A DNA stretch of 56,991 nt, the filler included, from Bipalium vagum (taxonomy: Eukaryota), in assembly GCA_037834085.1 (NCBI GenBank). It is 3 parts of 3 records of this genome, joined end to end, with 100 filler letters (N's around TTAATTAATTAA, not from the genome) between each part and the next. Parts side by side here need not be neighbours in the genome. Positions count along the whole stretch, not along the records: positions 1 to 22,069 come from JBBMKC010227652.1; positions 22,170 to 41,102 come from JBBMKC010015190.1; 1 more part is not named here. One strand, given 5' to 3'. Shown in pieces: positions 20,392-33,306 of the stretch. Below the pieces are notes generated by a model. That model was not told where the DNA came from, made no database searches, and worked only from the letters and a program-made list of their open reading frames with translations. Position 1 is the first letter of the stretch; every line of letters begins with the position of its first letter. Made by a program: the position numbers and the translations under genes.

Positions 20392-21100
20392 TTAGGTTGC
20401 GCTTAAAACCTACTAGATTATAGGTTGTGTAAAAATTCTTTAGGGTAGAAATAAAAAAATGTTTTAAATAGATCAAAAACATTTATTAATCTAAATAATT
20501 TCATGAAAATGCAATACGCTTTGTCCGATGCTTCTGAATTAAGTCAATTCAAAGTTTAAAGTTCTTTTTTGGAAGGTCTCCAAGTTTTTGTTCTACAGCT
20601 GCAATAGGTTTTTCATTTTATTCAAGAAACCTGTCAGTAAGGAATAATTTAAGGTTTTCAAAGAGTTAAAAGTCACTGGGACGAAATTGAGCCTATTTAG
20701 AGGATTTAAAATTTAGTTTTTACATCTTTTCCATTTCCAAAACATCTTTATGAGGTAGTACATTGTCCTTTTTCTTCAACCTAAGTATCCATATATAAGC
20801 CAATCTTATCTTCAAATTGATTCAAAAGACTAGCATAATAATTGGACTTGATTGTCTCACCTTTTCAATGTAATCGATTATCAAAATATCTTTTGTATCT
20901 TAGAAAATGATTGCAATATCATTTAAGATTGGTTATCTCCCTTTACATTTTTCGAAGGGAACCATTCAACTTCAGTTCAATACAGCCGTTTCTGTTTCAA
21001 TTTTGGATCATGATAATAAATAAATCATCGAAAGTTTTTTCTCTTCAGAACATTTCTAGCACTCTTCGGAAAATTTTTTTAGAATGCAGTCTTCTTTAGA
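20392..21100 (-). mobile_element. Mariner transposase remnant
   Basis: IIF*DTKDILIIDYIEK/GETIKSNYYASLLNQFEDKI...DNVLPHK...KLNF, with a TIR-like TTAGGTTGCGC at the left end. Confidence 0.7.
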
Positions 21101-21559
21101 AATGGTCTTCTTCATTGTCCTCGGTGTAGTTATATTATATATATATTATATATAATATATATATATAATAATTTTCAAGTTAAGCATTTCAAATGCTGTC
21201 TGACTAATGATCTATCTCAGATATTAGTAAAGCAATTTTCGCTCTTTGCTCAATGGAGAACATTATTAACAATTGAATTTACAAAAATTAAAATCGATTA
21301 CATCGACTTATTAAAGCAATTAAACACTTAAAATAAATTTTGAAAATTTTATTTCTTAGAAAAATGTAAATTGAATATATACAGTATCCAATTTAATCGT
21401 GAGCCCTTTATGTTGCAAAATGTAAAGGTTTTATTTTAATAATAAAATTAATTTAAATCTATTTGAAATTCTTTGTTAAAATTTATGTTATATTTGTTTG
21501 AATACCATTTATGTATCACATTTAAATTTAGATAATAATTTAATATTTATTGAAACCCT

Positions 21560-22069
21560 AATGGAAAAAAGTATTACAGATACTCAAATTAGGCACGGCT
21601 TGTTGTATGAGTGTGATCACAGCACCAAAGTTAAAGAGGCCTCACGAAAGATTCTGAAAATCTATCTTCATGAAGAAGTTTCTGTTAGCCAATGCAAAAT
21701 ATGGTTTAGAAAATTTTAAAATGGCAACAGATGTCTTGAAGATCCCCGTTATCGACGTTGACAAGCTAAAGCAATTGATTGAAGAGAACCCTAAATAATT
21801 AGACAGCTTACATCGTGCTCTTCAAAATATAAGATTCAGCTTAGTTAGCAAAAAGAGAATTATTTTCAGATAATGCCAAACCCCATGTATAAAAAATGAC
21901 AAATAAGAAATAAATAGAACTGTGTTATCAAGTCTTGCCACATCTTCTATGTAAGTCCATTCATCGCGGCTACAAATTATCATCTTTTCCACTCAATGGC
22001 TCACTTTCTTAAAGGAAAAAATTATGAAAACATGGACGACATAAGAATGACTTGCTAATATTTTTGATA
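21560..22069 (+). mobile_element. Internally deleted mariner remnant
   Basis: QIRHGLLYEC...EASRKI...VSVSQCKIWFRKF.NG...LED (HTH), then DNAKPHV...VLPH...YHLFHSMAHFLKGKNYEN. Truncated by the scaffold end. Confidence 0.8.
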
Positions 22070-22169
22070 NNNNNNNNNNNNNNNNNNNNNNNNNNNNNNN
22101 NNNNNNNNNNNNNTTAATTAATTAANNNNNNNNNNNNNNNNNNNNNNNNNNNNNNNNNNNNNNNNNNNN
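22070..22169. other. Artificial scaffold-concatenation spacer (44 N + TTAATTAATTAA + 44 N)
   Basis: Exactly 100 nt, with a palindromic all-frame-stop 12-mer at 22114-22125. The same construct recurs at 41103-41202. Confidence 0.97.
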
Positions 22170-22218
22170 GTTAGATCAATAACGGACTCTGACTCTGCCA
22201 TACACGCAGCCGTGCAGA

Positions 22219-22252
<34 letters not shown>

Positions 22253-22411
22253 TATTTATTTCTTAATTAATATCGATCGGCGTCTCTCAGCTGATCTGCA
22301 CTGGTGGAATGATGATGATGGTGGTGGTTACTGATTGTGACATTACTACTGATGCAACAAAGCACAGTTGTGCAGCGACGCTCGCTGGTGCAATAACAAT
22401 GAATGACCCTA

Positions 22412-24237
<1,826 letters not shown>

Positions 24238-24959
24238 GAACGCGTACTGGATCTGGGTTTCAAGCGACAAGATTCAATTCAGAGACTTTGTTGATAAAAA
24301 CCACGGAGAAATATTTCAAGTCCGTTTAATTATTAGTGTTTTTAAAAATGGTTCGCTTGAATATGCTGTCGATTAGTGCAGTTAAACAAGGACTTTTTAC
24401 TGATGTTTGTCGTGAAAAATCGTTCACTTTTTTCGTTTCCGGCGATAAATTAATGGAAAATTAATCCAGTTCTTAGGAGAAATTATTTTCATTTAACCGG
24501 TATCTAAAAATAATGGAAAAAATAGAATTAATTAAATTAACGGCTGTGGAAGTTAACGATTAATTAATCGATAAATTATTTTAACGATTAATTTTAAAGT
24601 TAAAGATTAAATCGATTTTAAATCTTTTTTTAATTTTGGAAATAAATTTAATTTTTAAAAACTGTGAAATAATTAAGTAAGTGACTTAAAGTAACCAAAA
24701 TAAGACTGGAAAAGTTGGCTTTGAAATAGTTATAAATAATATTATTAAGGTAACCAAGAGTCATAATAAAATCAATTTTATTCCAGTCCAATAATAATAC
24801 TAAAAAAAGTAATTAAGCAAACTTCATTAACTAAAATAATCTCCATCGTAATCAACCATACTTTTTCAATGAGATAATAGTTCTAGGTACCTTTTGAGTC
24901 ATGCTGTTCCACGTGAAATGGCAGGTTTTTTTAATGTAAGTAAACTAAGTCAAAAAGAA

Positions 24960-25400
24960 ATATGAAACTCATTCTATTCATCAAAATATTGTCATTTGCT
25001 CTCAATGCACTTCTGCTTACGAGATAATCAATCACAAATTCCTTTTTCGTGGAAATCAGTATTTTTAGAATAAAAAACTGAAGAATAACATTCTAAACGT
25101 CATTTTAGTTCAAAAAAATCTCTTTTTGGTCAAAAATAGCTGATGTCGAAAGGTCCTGTGAATAAGTCGGCTGAATTAAGACTTCTTAGTTCAAATCAGT
25201 TAAATCTTGCACTGTTGATCTCGAAACATGAGATCTTGCATAAACATATAACAAAAATGGTTCTTTTCTATTTGGAAGTCCTGGTCGATTATCAAAAATC
25301 CTATAAATGTGTGACTTTAAGGTCTCAAATTTAATGACCTCTAACTTCGTGTTTATTAAGGGGCTCTTTGAATTGAAATATCCACAATAGCCTTTATGAA
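24960..25400 (-). mobile_element. Mariner transposase 3' remnant upstream of ERK
   Basis: RPGLPNRKEPFLLYVYARSHVSRSTVQDLTDLN*EVLIQPTYSQDLS...DFHEKGI...KCIESK*QYFDE. Confidence 0.75.
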
Positions 25401-27059
25401 ATGAATCAAAGTAGTCATAACAAATCTTTATTTAACCACAACATGTATCATGAATCGATAACACAGAAATAAGATCCAAAACTCATTCAAAAACACAATC
25501 ACGTCAAGTCAAATCAATGATGAACTGCAATGGGATAATTATCGTAATATAAAGTTATTATAAATGGTTTATCAAAAAATTAAGAGTAGTTTATAAGGAA
25601 CCTTAAAATTTGAATCGACACAATGAAAATGATAAAATGAAATAACAAAAGAAAGGTATTATAACCTGCGACGAACAATAGGATGTCCGCTGGACTTTGT
25701 TTGATTGCCTATGGATTCCAATATTCCACAGGACTCACCGAATAAACCTGGTACATTTCAGTCATAAGACTAAGTATAAATACTGTCTCAATCAATACTT
25801 TTCTTCCGACTTATAAAAAATTATTTATCAGTTCCAATAGTTTCCTCGTCGGTGATCAACTGCTAAATCATAACAATGTGTATTCCTTTTATAGATTTGT
25901 CAACGGTAGCCATTCTCTACTTTTCGGCGATCAAACTACTAAATTGATCCCTCCGGTCCGAGATGCAACATGTCTTAATCTCGACAAGATAAAAATACAA
26001 AGAAATCACTATTACTATTATTCAGGCCCCTAGTGATCTTTCCGGGTTGTGCCTCTGGCGATGCCAACAAAGAATAGATAGATCTTCTTTTTAGAATTAG
26101 TATGTTCCAGATAATGTCTTATTAACAATTCTATGATAGCAGTTGGAATTTCACCCCTCTTCGCATTTCATTAGAACATCTTTAAAAAATATCGTGTGAA
26201 GTCGTTATTTAGCGAACCTATCCTAACGAACTTGTCTTGATTTTACTGTAAGTTCCACTATTCTACAATATTATATCAACATTTCTTTTGCTTCGCCATT
26301 TCCTATTTGTTGAACATTAATCAATTTTTATGTCTGGTTCTCAGACTAACTATTATCTCTCTGTAACTACAATGCCTTTCTTTGGTCAGTTGCGTTATGT
26401 GGGCAATCATAAAAAGTAACAAATTCATTCAAAATCCTCTGTAAATAGAAGTATCAAGTCACAAATAATCAGTTCAAGGGTCAACCACTTTGATCCAGCC
26501 AATTTGTCTATTCAATTAGTTCAATTCACCTTCGAATTCGGTTCTATCTTCAATTTCACAACATTTTCATGTTTAAAATTTCAACTGACTCTCTTGTGTT
26601 GTCCAGAGACTTTACTAATCCATTATATAGGCATCAGAGTCTCTTCACCACCCAATGGCTACCCTCTTTCTTCAGTAGTTAATGGATAAATTGGGAGCTT
26701 TTATTTATACAACTCAGCCTGAACATATTCGCCTAAGCTTAATAATTTTAATTATTCCTCATGTTATCTAAATAAAAAAGTTGAAACATAATTTTTTTTA
26801 TTTTTTATATAGAAGAGGTTAATTTAAAGTTTCAGGGATTTTGATATATATTATCAATTATTATTATTATTATTATTACACCGTGTTCATCTCTATTTTG
26901 ACATTTTAAAGGTTTATTTTGACAATGTCAAGTTTAATTTTAGTATTGAAAGTTTAATCTTGACTTTGTTTAAATTTCATTTTTGTTTATTTATATTATT
27001 TTAGAATTACAAACTATCAAAATTACAAATTGTAAAAAGGAACAATTACAGAGGTAATA

Positions 27060-27090
27060 TACAGTCCCCGCCAAAAGTCTTTGGCCACCA
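27060..27090 (+). mobile_element. Isolated Tc1-like terminal inverted repeat
   Basis: TA|CAGTCCCCGCCAAAAGTCTTTGGCCACC resembles Tc1 termini (TA-CAGT...CAAAAGT). No partner TIR recognised. Confidence 0.4.
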
Positions 27091-28564
27091 TGTAGAAAGG
27101 CCTAGTTTAGCTTTTAGTTATTTATTTTTTATTGATAAATTTTGATTAATGAAAATTGATTGATTTCTAATGTTGTTAACGTTCTTTACATTTGTACTTA
27201 ATAAATATTAATGACTAGAATGGTATAAATGCTTTTTTTGCTAGCTATTGTTCGTATTAGTGTCATCTTGATGCTGTCAATTATATCGTTGTTCTTTGTT
27301 GAATGACGTAATTTTTACATTAGGTTTTATTGTGTAATTATGTCGTTGTTTGTATACTATTATGTGTTTTATTACTTTTATCATTATATGTTATTATTAT
27401 TATTATTAACTATTTTTTTAATTCCCTTTTTTATTGAGAAGTTATTTTTGGTAAGTAAAGTTTTAAAATTAATGTGTGTTATATTCTATTTTTAGCTCAG
27501 AGGCCCCAGATACTGCTACTCTTTCGAAAATAGTCCAAACCACTCATGGATTTTCTTGTTTTTTGGGAACAAGTTATTTTTTAATTTTCTTTTTATTAAT
27601 TATATTTGTATTATTTTTTAAATTCCCAAACTGATCCGACAACTCTGATGGTAAACAAATAAATATGCACTCATGTATTTTTTTTATTTTATTTACTTTT
27701 ATTTTCTTTGAAATTTTTATCATTATTATTACTTTTTTATTTTTGATATTATCATTTTTTATTATTAATTTAAACAATTAAAAAACAAAAATAAATTGAT
27801 TATTACATTTTATCAACGTCATGCTACGACAATCACCAAAATTATTCTGTTAATTCATTTTTCTTTTTGCTTTTGCTTATGACTCCCACATGTGAATCAT
27901 AATAAGATGTTATGAAATCCTCTGAAATAGGAACCGATCATGATCTCAAATATATTGGTCAAATACGCTTGTGTGAGAGTCCTGGCCTCGATTGTAAATC
28001 AATTGTCTCGAATTATATACCATAGATACCAATTTGTTTTAGTTAAGTAATTTAATCAAATGATAATAATTTATTTTAATTTTACAATTTTTTAAAATAT
28101 TTTTCTTTTATTGGCACTGATTTCAAGATTTAAATGGAAAAATGATGATTTCAAGGACTGTTTTCTATACCCTGTCAACGTAGCCTAAGCCTAATACATA
28201 TTCTGCTCATATCATCCAAGTCTGTAAAGTCTTTCATTGCAGTATGCTGGGGATTAACAAATATACACTATGAAAAATAATATATTACTAATATTACCGG
28301 TTCCAACGTTGAGTACGTGTTACCATGTATTCCACTGAAACAAATATATTTTTCATAAACAGGACAGTTTCACATTCATCAGAAGGAAAATTAATATTAC
28401 AAATTATTTTCATTTACCTTTACCACTTTCACCCGTTTCAGGGTAACAAATCAGTTTACCTTAGAAATAACTCTAAAACTTCCCACAAAGCAACAATAAT
28501 TAAATATTGTATTACCTGTGTACCGTTTGAGGAAAAGAACTCATTATCAGAACATTAAATCAGA

Positions 28565-29200
28565 TACGGTGAAACCTGTTAATTTGAACGCCTCTAAATT
28601 TTGTTAATAAAAATTAAATATTGACTTTTGTTTTCATGAACCCTTTATATTTTGGATAAAAAGTTCAGTCCCCGTGGTGTCCAACTTTGACAGGTCTTAC
28701 TTTATTAAAAAAATTGGCAAATCAAAATAGTTTTATTCACCAAAAGTTAAATCAATAGCAAAAATCCATCGCATATTTTCTAATTATTTCTCAGAATCAC
28801 CGCCAGCTTTTAGAGTTTCTACAATTGATTGACTGCCAAATAAATCAATATATCATTTTAATCGAATTTTGAATCGAATTAGAAAATAAAAAATATTCGG
28901 ATTAGACAAATTTGATTTTAAAAATGAAAAAAATCCAAAAATTTAATTAATTTCTTTTAATAAATTACAGCATAGATGTTTGTGGTCTGCTCTATCGATT
29001 TTTTTACATCACTTGTCAGATCAATGATCTTATCAGAATAAATTTCTTTTAAAACATTATTAAATTGTAAATATTTTTAAATGATATCTAAAGCCACTAA
29101 AGCTTCTTTGTTAGTTGGCTTCTCAACTACCTGGTCTATTTTATCTTTTTCATTCTTCACTTCTTCTTTTTCAGTTGAATTACTGGAAACTAAATCCAAA
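28565..29200 (-). mobile_element. pogo/Tigger-like MITE (28567-28702) plus an adjacent transposase C-terminal relic
   Basis: Degenerate TIR pair TACGGTGAAACCTGTTAATTTGAACGCC / GGTGTCCAACTTTGACAGGTCTTACTTTA. Nearby minus-strand acidic peptide EKEEVKNEKD...KPTNKEALVALDII*KYL is typical of Tigger-like C-termini. Confidence 0.5.
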
Positions 29201-31779
29201 ATAACTAAAATAGAGACCTGGAGATCTTTGACTTCAGAACAAATGTGGACAGAAATACAAAATGCCTAGTATAATATTCCGGTCATGTATGTAAATAATT
29301 AAATATCAATTAATTAGAAAAAAGCAAAGAAAAGAAAGTGAAGATACTCTCATCAGTTGTGACGACGACAGGTCCAAAATGTGGTTTGCTAAGCCCAATT
29401 CAGTTAGCTCAGAAACCCCCTAACAACACAGGATCCATCGTGAGCTCCTGTCGCAAAGAGGGTATAATGATTAGTAACTGGAATGATTACTAACTGGCAA
29501 ATGACGAAAATCCCTGTCGAATATGTCGTAGTCTTCTGACGAATATCGTAGTCTCTGGAGCAAATCTCGTAGTCGCTAACGAAAATTTCACTCGGAGAAT
29601 TTTATGGCAATCCACTGTGAATTCCATCTCCTTATATACTATTCTGGTCAGACGAGCAATCAATTGGGAATGTCAATTCCCTTTTAAGCTCGTTAATTCG
29701 AAGCCGGTTCCTCCTTGCGCACCCTGATATAATCCTGGCAATTTAGGTTCGCCATTGTCAAGATAAGATCGTTTTTAGGAAATAATCAATTGCCCCTTTT
29801 TTGTTTAAATTAATGTTGTACATTTTAATTAATTATTATTATTTTATTTCTGAACCTATTGCGGACTTAATAATTAATTTATAATAATGATAACTAATCT
29901 AGACCTTATTGCGATCCCTAACATATGCTTTTTATAAGGGTATACAGGGATGTGTCCTTGGCTAGCCCAATAATAATAAATTGTCGATTTTAATTAAATT
30001 ATTGATTTCTACATTATTTTATTTAACTGTCATTGATTATTGGGAGGCATTCATGTTGTGATCGAATACATTCATGGGAGCGTTGTCATATAATTGCAGT
30101 AGTTATTTGAAGTGCGTAAAATCAAGTTGATATTTTGTGGTGAATTGTGAGACACATTTATTGATTGATCGTATTTATTGTATTGTGATTATTGATTTAA
30201 TAAGGTTTTAGATTTTTTTATTTTATTTGTTTATTTCATTACGTAATAATATTATTTAACAAAGAACTCAACTATAATATCGTGGGGTCAGATAATAATT
30301 GGTCGCTTGGTTAATATGAAAATGTTAACAATAAGCATAACATAGCCAAGAACAAAATAGATCAAATCAAAAATATGAGAATACAATCATGACAAGCAAG
30401 TGGACGATTAACGAAGAAGTCAATTAGATAACATAGAAGCTGGAGTGAAGAATATTAACGGTAACTGACAACAGAAGTAAGAAAAAAAGATTCTTTAACT
30501 CTCTGGGTTGAAATGTTACGCACTTGAGCATCCTGATGCTCATCTTCAGCGTTCAGCTGACTTTACAAAAGGACAAAAAAGATTTTCATGCCGAAACGCC
30601 TTGAAAGTTGGCTGAAGTGGTCCCGAAGCGTTGTAAATCCTACTTTATCCAAACCATTTAGTTCAGATTGACAGTCTTGCTCAATGATACTAGGTAAAGA
30701 TGGACGGCTTAAAGTGAATGTACAAAGTGAGCATTTTCATCACGACTTGAACCCTTTACACCATCATAAGCCTACTGTGAACGCAATGAAGATGGTAGGG
30801 GTGCTAGAAATGATGTTGGTGGTTGTGCCGATGGTGATACCGATGGTGGCGCTGGTGATGGTGACCATCAATTAGTACTCTTTACAGCGTCCATCAAATC
30901 TTCAGCAATATCTTTTATAAGCCGTACGCTCTTTTATTCCAGTACTGTTGACCTGAAACATTGCTCAACTGAAAACCATTTTCACAAGGGTTCATGGAAA
31001 TTTTATCGAGATATTATTATTTTATATAACGTTTATTACTTTTCTTAGTTAAGTTCAATAATACGCCCTCGGTTTAATTTATATTTCGCAATTAACAAAT
31101 AAAAGTTTTATTATTATTAATTAATTAATTAATTTTATGATTATTTTACTTCTATATTATTATTTTATTATCATAATTAAATATTAAAAAATAAAAAAAT
31201 AATATATTGTACCATTAAAAAATCAAAATAAGAATTATTTTAAAATAAAAATTAAAATTAAATTAAATAAATATTAAAATTAAATTAAATTAATTAAAAA
31301 ATTAGAAATCAGTTTACATACTCAATAATTATGAATATTTAATTAATTTTAGCATTATTTTATTTTTATATTATTTAATTAATTTAATATCCTTTAATTA
31401 TTGTTATATTATTTAATATTTTTAATATTATTTAATTATTTATATATTATTTAATAAATTTTATATTATTTAATTTTTTATATATTTTTTAATTTTATTA
31501 TTTTATTATTTTTATATAATTTTATTACTTTTATATATTTTATTATTTTTTTATAATTTTATTATTTTTATATAATTTTATTATTTTTATATTATTTAAT
31601 AGTTTCTAGATTATTTTATTTTTTATATTATTTTATTATTATGCCATATTGCAAAATATCATTTTCCATTTCCAAAGAAAGTCTCGTAAAAGCTTTATTG
31701 ATAATCAAAGTAAATCTACGTCTTTATGAAATGAAAGAATGGAAGGTCAGATGTCAAAGGATGACTGAAGACGTCATGG

Positions 31780-33306
31780 TCAGAGGCGAGCCTTGAACAC
31801 GAACTCCTTGATGAGGCAGCCGCGAATGAGACTGTCCATTCCCTGAAGAGCCTTTTCGTACAGGTGATCGCCTATTTTGTCTTTCGTGTCAATTTTGAAG
31901 TTCTGGATGATATTTGCGAAGTAGATGAAGAACTCCGTCCTGGCCAACGATTCCCCGAGACATTGTCTTTTTCCCAAGCCGAACGAAACCAACTCTTTTC
32001 GTGGGCTGTACTTCCACTGGCCGTCGGCCTGTTGCGTCAGGAAACGTTCCGGACGGAACTCCGATGGGTTGTCCCAGGTCTCAGCGTCATAATGACAGGC
32101 ATGGATATTCGGGTAAATGATCGAGTCTTTCGGAATGAAAACGTTGTCGATGCTCGTGTCCTCTACGGTCCGGTGGGGAATGGAAAACGGGACCACGGAG
32201 CTCATCCTCATAATCTCGTCCATCGCGGCCTGGGTGTAGTCGAGAGAGGCCTTGTCGCTCATTGTCACCATTCTCTCGTTGCCAATTTTGTCCAAGATTT
32301 CCAAGTAGATTCGATCCTGCACGTCCGGAAACCTTGACATGAACATGCAGCTCCATTCCAGACTTGTTGTGGTGGTCTCTGAGCCTGCAGAAAACATCTC
32401 ATAAGTCACCATCACCAATTGGCAGTCCGTGAAACTTTCCACCAGGTCGAACTTGTCTTTCATTTTGCGCTGTTTGATCAGAAATCTGTCCATCAGATCT
32501 TGAGCTTCGCCACCGAGGTCCAGGCGTTTCGAGTGCTGGTCAATCTCCAGCTGAATAAGCGCGAAAATTCTTTCATACAACCGGCCGGTCGTGGAAAACA
32601 TGGAAATCAACTTGGAGTACAGAGGCAGCGAGTCCAGCCACGGAAACATTAGACCAAGGGCTTTGAAGACATCGTTCGATTTGGCCGTTTCCGACCTTAT
32701 CTGATCGACCACTGTGAGCACCTCGGAGTCTCTGGAGTAGCGCTTGTTCATGATAAACTTGCAAATGGTGTTGGCGACGTAGTAAAACACGAAGTTGGAA
32801 AGATTCACACTGGTGCCACGGTGATTTCGGAGATCTTCTAGCATCAGGGCGCTTTCTTTTTCGACGACCTCCACACATTTCGACTTTCCCAAACCGAAGT
32901 CTTGGAAGGCGTTGCAAATAAACGATCTCTGTCTTGCCCACGTCTCGCCGTCGTGGAAGAAAATTCCCGACTGAAGTCCAGTCTGCTTCTTGAGCTCAGG
33001 TGTAAATCGTCCCGAGAACACGTTCCCACCTTCCTGCAAAGCCTTCCTGATGATGTCATAATTGTTCAATATAACAATCTCCCTCATCCCCAGTCTGACG
33101 GCGAACAGAGGTCCGTGTTTCTTGCCAAGCTTTCCAACGTGAAAGCTATGAGGTCTCTCGATCTGGAAAAAGGCTCCAACAAGAGGAGAGCCGATTTCAA
33201 CGGGCATCTCTTTCAGTCCGCTCGGAATCACCTGCTTGCGTCGCGCGTGGCTGTACCAAGCGTAAATGAAAAGAAAAAGAAGAACAAAAGCCAAGAATCC
33301 AATCAT
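31780..33306 (-). CDS. Cytochrome P450, CYP2 clan, single-exon CDS, 508 aa
   Basis: Uninterrupted ORF. The track start at 33315 is a TTG preceded by an in-frame TAG, so the first ATG is 33306. Motifs: N-terminal membrane anchor, C-helix WARQR, I-helix FSAGSETTTT, K-helix EIMR, PERF (FRPERFL) and heme-binding FGLGKRQCLGE. Confidence 0.96.
   Translation of the reverse strand: MIGFLAFVLLFLFIYAWYSHARRKQVIPSGLKEMPVEIGSPLVGAFFQIERPHSFHVGKLGKKHGPLFAVRLGMREIVILNNYDIIRKALQEGGNVFSGRFTPELKKQTGLQSGIFFHDGETWARQRSFICNAFQDFGLGKSKCVEVVEKESALMLEDLRNHRGTSVNLSNFVFYYVANTICKFIMNKRYSRDSEVLTVVDQIRSETAKSNDVFKALGLMFPWLDSLPLYSKLISMFSTTGRLYERIFALIQLEIDQHSKRLDLGGEAQDLMDRFLIKQRKMKDKFDLVESFTDCQLVMVTYEMFSAGSETTTTSLEWSCMFMSRFPDVQDRIYLEILDKIGNERMVTMSDKASLDYTQAAMDEIMRMSSVVPFSIPHRTVEDTSIDNVFIPKDSIIYPNIHACHYDAETWDNPSEFRPERFLTQQADGQWKYSPRKELVSFGLGKRQCLGESLARTEFFIYFANIIQNFKIDTKDKIGDHLYEKALQGMDSLIRGCLIKEFVFKARL

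Noticed and set aside
22114-22125. Palindromic TTAATTAATTAA island between N runs (also 41147-41158) as a biological motif
   Set aside because: Identical 44N-12-44N construct giving stops in all frames; an artificial concatenation linker.
25640-26700. GC-richer block that might be a gene or retroelement fragment (similarly 2290-2520, 12790-13130, 14420-15250)
   Set aside because: No ORF or motif I could recognise by eye. Needs BLASTX or a repeat-library search, so left unannotated.
30684-30875. 63-aa Met/Val-rich ORF
   Set aside because: Product of a low-complexity (GGT/GAT) tract; the opposite strand has stops and there is no splice support.
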